Origin: an uncultured Candidatus Berkelbacteria bacterium
GTDB taxonomy: Bacteria > Patescibacteriota > UBA1384 > UBA12157
Assembly (NCBI GenBank): GCA_903877885.1
Contig: CAIRFN010000013.1
Span: 2,754 to 66,753 of the forward strand
Direction: 5' to 3'
DNA length: 64,000 nt
The notes below the pieces were generated by a model, which did no database searches, was not told where the DNA came from, and worked only from the letters and a program-made list of their open reading frames with translations. Positions 58,231 to 64,000 of the stretch are shown here, one piece after another. Position numbers and translations under genes: made by a program. Position 1 is the stretch's first letter, and each line of letters opens with the position of its first letter.

Positions 58231-58322
58231 TGTCATTCCCGACCGGATGGCGTCCGGATCGAGAATCTAGATCCCCGATATCGAATTACCATTCGGTTCG
58301 CCTTTAGGTAAATTGGATGACA
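58231..58322. repeat. family B composite (TGTCATTC...GGATGACA)
   Basis: TGTCATTCCCGACCGGATGGCGTCCGGATCGAGAATCTAGATCC...GGATGACA. Confidence 0.75.
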
Positions 58323-58325
58323 TTT

Positions 58326-58913
58326 TTATTTAGTGAATTGGAAAGTGGAAACAATTTGATCTGCAGTTGGTTTAAGATTGTCGTCACCATTACTAAATTC
58401 AATAGAAACAACATAATATTTATTATTTTCCTGAATTTGATATTCATAGCCATTAGCATAAGTATATTTGGTTGCTTGTTTGCCAGCGAAAGTAGTAGCT
58501 GTCCCTTCACTTCCTTCTTGGATCGTTTTACCATATTGACTAGCATTATCGACATTAACTGTCACAGTCCAATTAGCCGAAGTCGATGGCGGCTCAAAAC
58601 CATAGGTATCTGCTACACCAAAGGTCGTATGCATATCTTTAGCTGTCCAATCGGACGGATATTTAATCGAATAACCATAAGTTGTATTTGTATACGTTTT
58701 CCAGTCAACCATAGAAATTGGTGATGCAGAAACTGAAGGCGAGACTGACGGTTCGATGGTTGGTAACTCGTTGACGGAAACTGGAGTAACGATCGGTGTA
58801 GCCACTGGTTTATTTTGATTCATTAAAACCCAAGTCCAAAAACCGGCGCCGATTAAGATGACGATGATAAGAATAACCCAGAGCCACTTGTTCGATGATT
58901 GATCTTGTTCCAT
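58326..58913 (-). CDS. membrane-anchored PsbP-like surface protein (paralog 3; start revised)
   Basis: AGGAG RBS; TM; DWKTYTNTTYGYSIKYPSDW...STFQFTK. Confidence 0.78.
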   Translation of the reverse strand: MEQDQSSNKWLWVILIIVILIGAGFWTWVLMNQNKPVATPIVTPVSVNELPTIEPSVSPSVSASPISMVDWKTYTNTTYGYSIKYPSDWTAKDMHTTFGVADTYGFEPPSTSANWTVTVNVDNASQYGKTIQEGSEGTATTFAGKQATKYTYANGYEYQIQENNKYYVVSIEFSNGDDNLKPTADQIVSTFQFTK

Positions 58914-58938
58914 TTTTCTCCTTTTTTTAATTAATATT

Positions 58939-58980
58939 TTAACCTTATAATGTACACCCTGGAAGTGTACGTTGGTTTTA
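58939..58980. repeat. solo family A hairpin (RAYT-3 type)
   Basis: TAACC...AATGTACACCCTGGAAGTGTACGTT-GGTTTTA. Confidence 0.9.
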
Positions 58981-58981
58981 A

Positions 58982-60409
58982 TTACGTAAATAATGAGTAA
59001 ATTGTGGCGATGCCGGCGATAATCATGACGGCCGTACCGAGCCAGCCAAAGAATTTTGATAGTCCGCCACTTTGCCACTGCCCCATCACATTTTTATTGC
59101 TGGCTAACAAAACAATCAAAACCATCACCACTGGCGCAACTAAACCATTGCCGACTGCCGAATAAATTAGAGCTTTGATTGGATCAAGCCCGACAAAGTT
59201 GATAATCAAACCAACAACCATGGACAAAATAATCACACCATAGAAAGCGCTAGCTTGAGCAAAGCGGCGATACAAACCTTCTTTCCAACCAAACGCTTCT
59301 GAAATAGCATAAGCGGCGGAGCCGGCTAAAACCGGGATACCGAGCAAACCAGTACCTAAAATCCCGATAGTAAATAATAACGAGGCGTATTTTCCGGCCA
59401 ATGGTTCCAAGGCCTTAGCCGCGTCAGCGGCGGTGGCAATATTGGTAATCCCACCTTTATACAAAGTCGCCGCACAAACAGCAATGATAAAGAAAGTAAC
59501 GATATTAGAAAAAACCATGCCAGACCAGTTGTCCAAGCGCATTTTGCGCATTTCGTTTTTGGTTGTACCTTGACGCGAGGCCAAAGTCGTATCGCCACCC
59601 AAGATTTCTTCTTCCACTTCTTGAGAAGTTTGCCAGAAAAATAAATATGGGGAAATTGTTGTACCCAAAATGCCGCAGATTAAAATAATCTGTTCCTTGG
59701 AAAAATCTAAATGCGGAATGACTGAACTTTTTAACGCTTCAGCCCAAGGAAAACCCTTGATTACAAAAGCAGTGATAATATAAACAACCAAAGTTATGGC
59801 TAAATATTTTAAAACGCCGGCGTATTTTTTGTAAGAAACAAAAATCTGCATCAGTAAACTCAAAGCCGTGAAGCCGAAAATCAAAACCCAAAACGGCACG
59901 GTCGGTGTCATTAATCGCGTCGCCGCCGCCAACGCACCTAAATCCGCACCAATATTAAAAATATTGGCCAGTAAAAGCAAAGTAGCCGTGATAAGTAAAA
60001 CCCAGCGCGGAAAATATTTTTTAATATTAGCGGCCAAACCGCGGCCGGTCACTAAACCAATTCTGGCGCACATTTCTTGAATCGCGCCCATCAAAGGCAA
60101 AGTTAATGGCGCAAACCACAACAGTTTAAAACCATATTGGGCGCCGGTTTGCGAGTAAGTTGCCACACCAGATGGATCATCATCGGCCGCGCCGGTGACC
60201 AAACCTGGACCTAAAATCTGCCAAAATTTCCGAGATTTTTTGACCGTTTTTTGAGCCGCTTCCCCTGTGGCATCAACCGTATCTTTAACTGTTTCAGCGC
60301 CGACCTCAACCATATGTCGACCTAAATCCAAAACACCTTCCGGTTCCTTAGATGATGAGGATATTTTCTCATCGTTTTGATTTTGAATGTTATTGTCTTG
60401 TGTATTCAT
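58982..60409 (-). CDS. NRAMP-family divalent metal transporter
   Basis: LGPGLVTGAADDDPSG, QEMCARIG.VTG.GL, LGTTISPYLFFWQ. Confidence 0.92.
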   Translation of the reverse strand: MNTQDNNIQNQNDEKISSSSKEPEGVLDLGRHMVEVGAETVKDTVDATGEAAQKTVKKSRKFWQILGPGLVTGAADDDPSGVATYSQTGAQYGFKLLWFAPLTLPLMGAIQEMCARIGLVTGRGLAANIKKYFPRWVLLITATLLLLANIFNIGADLGALAAATRLMTPTVPFWVLIFGFTALSLLMQIFVSYKKYAGVLKYLAITLVVYIITAFVIKGFPWAEALKSSVIPHLDFSKEQIILICGILGTTISPYLFFWQTSQEVEEEILGGDTTLASRQGTTKNEMRKMRLDNWSGMVFSNIVTFFIIAVCAATLYKGGITNIATAADAAKALEPLAGKYASLLFTIGILGTGLLGIPVLAGSAAYAISEAFGWKEGLYRRFAQASAFYGVIILSMVVGLIINFVGLDPIKALIYSAVGNGLVAPVVMVLIVLLASNKNVMGQWQSGGLSKFFGWLGTAVMIIAGIATIYSLFT

Positions 60410-60465
60410 TAATTTTATTATACAATACGACTATCCGAAACGCTACTTTCGAAGGAGATGTTGCC

Positions 60466-60828
60466 ATGCCTGACCGCAGTTTCGAAGCTGTTCGTAGTTT
60501 AAAAATTCGCTCTACTGATCGCGAAAAATTAGATAGTTTAGAATTATCCGAAAACCAACGTAAATATGCTGAGGCATGGATAATTTTAGGCATAATCATT
60601 ATCGATGAAATCACTGCTGGTGAATCTGAAAACCTCAGTAAAGAAGAAATCGATTTTAATGTTTGGCGAAAAATGCATGACGAATTTACTTTGGTCACAC
60701 AAGTTTATCTGGATGTTAGTTTAACTCTAGATGAAAATGAAGCCGAAACATTTCGCACAAAAATAAGAGAGAATTTCTCTTACTTTAAACCAAAAATCAT
60801 GAGTATGTTATTGAAAAATTTAGTCTGA
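60466..60828 (+). CDS. hypothetical protein (start revised to 60466)
   Basis: AAGGAG RBS before ATG. Confidence 0.55.
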   Translation: MPDRSFEAVRSLKIRSTDREKLDSLELSENQRKYAEAWIILGIIIIDEITAGESENLSKEEIDFNVWRKMHDEFTLVTQVYLDVSLTLDENEAETFRTKIRENFSYFKPKIMSMLLKNLV

Positions 60829-60836
60829 ATTGGTAC

Positions 60837-61610
60837 TTAATGTTGATAAACCTTCGTCAATCTTTCCCAATCTTCCAAGCTCAAATCTTCGGCCCTTAAG
60901 GTCGGCGCGATTTGAGCTTTTTTTAATAGATCTAAAACTTCGTCTTTTGTTAGTCGCAATGTACCAGCCAAGGAATTGTGAATTTGCTGGCGCTTGGAGC
61001 TAAATCCGGCTTTAACCATTTTGAAAAATAAAGCCGGTTCAATATTTAATAATTGCTTTTTTGGTGTGATTTTAATTACCGCGCTATCGACTTGTGGCAC
61101 CGGGTAAAATTCTTTTTTATTAACTTGGAATAGAATTTCAGCCTCAGCGTAAAATTCGACGATAATAGTTAAAAGTCCGCGGCTGGAATCCCCTGGCTTA
61201 GCACAAATCCGCTCGGCCACTTCTTTTTGAACCATCAAAATTAAAAGTTCCGGACGAGGTTCGTTCTCGATGAATTTGCGAATCAAAGGCGACGTAATAT
61301 TATAAGGAATATTAGCCACGACTTTGTATTTGGATAAGGAGAAAAGGTCGAACCACAAAGCATCTTGATGAATAATTTTGATATTTTTTGTGCTTTTGTA
61401 ACGATTTAGTAATTTTGTCACCAAATCAAAATCTTTTTCCACAGCCAAAACCTGACCAGCAGCTTTAACTAATCTTTCAGTTAAAATACCAGTGCCGGGA
61501 CCGATTTCCAAAACCGTATCGTCGGTCGTCAAATTGCTCGCTTTGATAATATCATCAGCGATTTTTTCATTAATTAAGAAATTTTGGCCTAAAGATTTTT
61601 TTGGAATCAT
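60837..61610 (-). CDS. rsmA: 16S rRNA dimethyladenosine transferase (start revised to 61610)
   Basis: KKSLGQNFL, EIGPG.G, ANIPYNI, QKEVA.R. Confidence 0.97.
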   Translation of the reverse strand: MIPKKSLGQNFLINEKIADDIIKASNLTTDDTVLEIGPGTGILTERLVKAAGQVLAVEKDFDLVTKLLNRYKSTKNIKIIHQDALWFDLFSLSKYKVVANIPYNITSPLIRKFIENEPRPELLILMVQKEVAERICAKPGDSSRGLLTIIVEFYAEAEILFQVNKKEFYPVPQVDSAVIKITPKKQLLNIEPALFFKMVKAGFSSKRQQIHNSLAGTLRLTKDEVLDLLKKAQIAPTLRAEDLSLEDWERLTKVYQH

Positions 61611-61620
61611 ATATTTGAAT

Positions 61621-62640
61621 TTATTTATTTGCACATGAAGTGTAGCCAGTTCTTGGACAACCTTTGGCAAAGGGTGGCCAACGGCGACTTTGACCGATGG
61701 ATATTAATCGAGCGGTGGTAAAAATTTGGGCTTTGGCGTCAGTCCACAAAGCGTTAGTAAAGCCAGCGGCCATTGAAGCTGGTCCCCAAAAACCAGGATC
61801 GTATTGGAATAAACCAATGTAACCGGCAGCCGCTTGCGAATCGGTATGGCCATTGGATTCGCACAACATTAGACATTGCAGAGCGGTGGCATTAACATCG
61901 TATTTTTTGGCCGCCGCGTTTAACAAATCCATAAAAGGATCGGAATGAACCAGTTTCGGTCCAGTACCCACAATCAAAATTTCGGTCACTGGTTGGGTTA
62001 AAATATTAGTATTGGTAACCTTACGCGAAGTCTCGGTACCATCAACTCGTTTGATGTGGTAGGTGACCTCTTTTTGACCTTTAGCACCTGAAACTTCGAC
62101 AGTGCTTTGACCACGTTCCATATCGTGATTATTTTTCTTAATAATCGGAAAATCAATATCTTCATTTTGAGTTAAATCAAATTCGGCGATTCGAGTGATT
62201 TTTATTTTCAGATCTGAAGATATCGGTATCGAAGCTGTCGGATCAACCGTATCTTGAGCGATTAATTCAATCTTCTGCTCGGTTAATAATTCGCCAATGG
62301 TCTTGGCCCAAGTTCGATAGGTTTTTTTAACCTTAGCGTCGGTTACTTCGACAGGTGTAGCCCGAACAATCGTAATGCGACTGCCTAAACCCATATCCGG
62401 CGGCGGGAAAGCCGTTACTTTATCTTCCGGATAAACTTGAACTTTTAAATCGGTAATCATCGCATCGAGGGTTTTAAATTCATCACTGGCTAAATAAACT
62501 TCGGTTGGATGATTCGGATCGTTGACGGCTTCAGCAGCCAAAACTTTTTTCTCATTCTGATGTTTTGGCCACAAAAAAAATGCTCCTAAAATTAAAATAG
62601 CGATAAGAGAAACGACGACAATTTTTATTTGCCGAGACAT
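61621..62640 (-). CDS. YabE-like DUF348/G5 protein with C-terminal lysozyme/Rpf-like domain
   Basis: TM, ubiquitin-like DUF348, G5 (G..G...V.Y), CESNG...GLFQY; adjacent to rsmA. Confidence 0.85.
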   Translation of the reverse strand: MSRQIKIVVVSLIAILILGAFFLWPKHQNEKKVLAAEAVNDPNHPTEVYLASDEFKTLDAMITDLKVQVYPEDKVTAFPPPDMGLGSRITIVRATPVEVTDAKVKKTYRTWAKTIGELLTEQKIELIAQDTVDPTASIPISSDLKIKITRIAEFDLTQNEDIDFPIIKKNNHDMERGQSTVEVSGAKGQKEVTYHIKRVDGTETSRKVTNTNILTQPVTEILIVGTGPKLVHSDPFMDLLNAAAKKYDVNATALQCLMLCESNGHTDSQAAAGYIGLFQYDPGFWGPASMAAGFTNALWTDAKAQIFTTARLISIGQSRRWPPFAKGCPRTGYTSCANK

Positions 62641-62694
62641 ATTATGCATTTGTATCTAGTTTACCCTTTTATGACACAAGGGTCAAGAGAGAAT

Positions 62695-63123
62695 CTACGG
62701 GCAGGAAGTTTGAGTCGACGAAACAGAATTGACTTCTTCTCCAGAACCGTTATAATCAGCGCAAAAAACTTTTTTAGTATCTGGTAAAGTCGCATAAATT
62801 ACGTATGTAGTATCGGTTGTATTTTCATTTATTTTTGAACCGGATTTTTGAACATCGCTTAAAATAGTTTTAGCAGTGGGATCAGTTTCAAAACCTTTAT
62901 ATGTTGAATGCTGACTATTATAATTCTCGGCTACATTCCGCATTTGGCTCACATCGCTCATGATGCGAGCGTCAGTGGCTTTACCGCGAGCGGAGCTCAA
63001 AGATACTAAAACCATAGCCGCTATAATACCAATTGGCACAATCATGACTAAAAGTACAACAATAACGATAAGCCACCAAGGAATTTTTGATTTTGGTTTA
63101 GCTTGAACTGGCTGTGGCTCCAT
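62695..63123 (-). CDS. pilin-like protein without prepilin leader (upstream ATG 63168 interrupted by TAA)
   Basis: GIIAAMVLVSLSSARGKA.DARI.SDV; C-terminal FCAD...C. Confidence 0.75.
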   Translation of the reverse strand: MEPQPVQAKPKSKIPWWLIVIVVLLVMIVPIGIIAAMVLVSLSSARGKATDARIMSDVSQMRNVAENYNSQHSTYKGFETDPTAKTILSDVQKSGSKINENTTDTTYVIYATLPDTKKVFCADYNGSGEEVNSVSSTQTSCP

Positions 63124-63206
63124 CGATTGAATCGGTTGTGATTCCGATTGTTGATTTTAATCGTTCATTTTTTTCTCCTATTCTTTTTTATTCAAAGGCC
63201 ATTGAT

Positions 63207-63398
63207 TTAATTTTCTAATTCCTTTTTAATTGGTTCTGTAGCATTCGGCTCAAATTTCTTCTTGATCAACCACCAGCCCTCCGCGATAGTACCTTTACCA
63301 CCAAATTCCCACAACCGCATTTCTTTATTTTTGCGGCCTTCTTGCCAAACCAGATTTGGATTATTTGAATCATTCGGTTGATTTTTAATTTGATTCAT
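63207..63398 (-). CDS. small hypothetical protein
   Basis: ORF with GAGG RBS, co-oriented with neighbours. Confidence 0.4.
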   Translation of the reverse strand: MNQIKNQPNDSNNPNLVWQEGRKNKEMRLWEFGGKGTIAEGWWLIKKKFEPNATEPIKKELEN

Positions 63399-63430
63399 GA
63401 TGACCTCGATTTTCCAGCATTAATCTATTT

Positions 63431-63880
63431 TTATTCACTTTTAGTAAATTCTTTTCTCTCCAACCAGAGGTAAGTAAAAATAACAATTTCAACCAAAATA
63501 AAAAGTATGACAAAAATTGTAATACCAGATCTTGAAAACCAATATCCACCAGTATCAAGAATAGATAAATAATCTTGAAAGCCTTTTGAAAAATAAGCTA
63601 AAACAAGAAAAATGAACTCACTTATGAGAAAAAATAAATATAAAAATAAACCTAAAATTTTACGCCTAATCATCACGATAATTGAAATGATAAGTAGAAT
63701 TTGAATCAATACAAAAGGCAATAGCCAAGTAATTGTTAAATAGCCTACAAACAATAGACCTAAAGATACGAATGCAATTATGCCTAATAAGAAAAAACGT
63801 CCGCTAAGACATGAAGCAAGTAAAGTTGAAATCTTTCGCCAATCGCCAGATAGATTATTATTCTTTCCTGGATTATCCAT
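63431..63880 (-). CDS. multi-TM hypothetical membrane protein
   Basis: AGGAGG RBS, four hydrophobic segments. Confidence 0.65.
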   Translation of the reverse strand: MDNPGKNNNLSGDWRKISTLLASCLSGRFFLLGIIAFVSLGLLFVGYLTITWLLPFVLIQILLIISIIVMIRRKILGLFLYLFFLISEFIFLVLAYFSKGFQDYLSILDTGGYWFSRSGITIFVILFILVEIVIFTYLWLERKEFTKSE

Positions 63881-63911
63881 TATCCTCCTTTTTCTTTTAT
63901 TATATCATTTT

Positions 63912-64000
63912 TTAAACTCTATCAACTAAATATCCGGGGATTTCGTTGATAAAGCGCGAGGGCTGATTGTACTGCAAGCCGCCGTACAAAAGTCGGCATT
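63912..64000 (-). CDS. pcrA: C-terminal end of UvrD/PcrA helicase (partial)
   Basis: Translates CRLLYGGLQYNQPSRFINEIPGYLVDRV*, the SRF..EIP tail typical of UvrD/PcrA. Confidence 0.8.
   Translation of the reverse strand, partial: CRLLYGGLQYNQPSRFINEIPGYLVDRV

Noticed and set aside
63930..64000. GC-richer end segment as tmRNA or RNase P RNA
   Set aside because: The minus strand translates cleanly as the PcrA/UvrD C-terminus.
1..64000. Alternative genetic code (UGA=Gly, as in Gracilibacteria/Absconditabacteria)
   Set aside because: Core genes are intact in code 11 and TGA serves as the stop for prfA, gatC, ligA and iscS.

Overview
AT-rich bacterial chromosome segment with most genes on the minus strand. 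The gene content suggests a Patescibacteria/CPR organism (inference): short EF-Ts, ProRS and UvrC, an rpsB-tsf-frr-rseP-proS cluster lacking pyrH/uppS/cdsA, several type IV pilins and PsbP-like surface proteins. Housekeeping genes include tpiA-fba-pfkB-gap, uvrABC, rpmE-prfA-prmC, gatCAB, ligA, lemA-htpX, rplI-ctpA-mnmA, a two-component system with a MacAB-like exporter, folD, iscSU, tatD, metG, rsmA and the 3' end of pcrA. Four features stand out. (1) Three paralogous REP-associated tyrosine transposases (RAYT, HUH/Y1) are each bracketed by their own ~45-nt hairpin pair, and all hairpins share an ACYY-NNG-RRGT apex. Solo copies and two further palindrome families are scattered through the window and sit in-frame inside mnmA, iscS, gatA, uvrB, folD and uvrC. 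(2) One RAYT cassette is flanked by a 63-bp duplicate of the prmC 3' end. (3) Two paralogous cassettes 16 kb apart share a (GA)n tract in the promoter spacer, a leader hairpin, a conserved N-terminus, a divergent DGR-target-like C-terminus, a terminator and a hairpin doublet. (4) A toxin-less Phd/YefM-like gene with CxxC and paired TATATA-N4-TATATA operators heads iscSU. No rRNA, tRNA, CRISPR array or reverse transcriptase was found.
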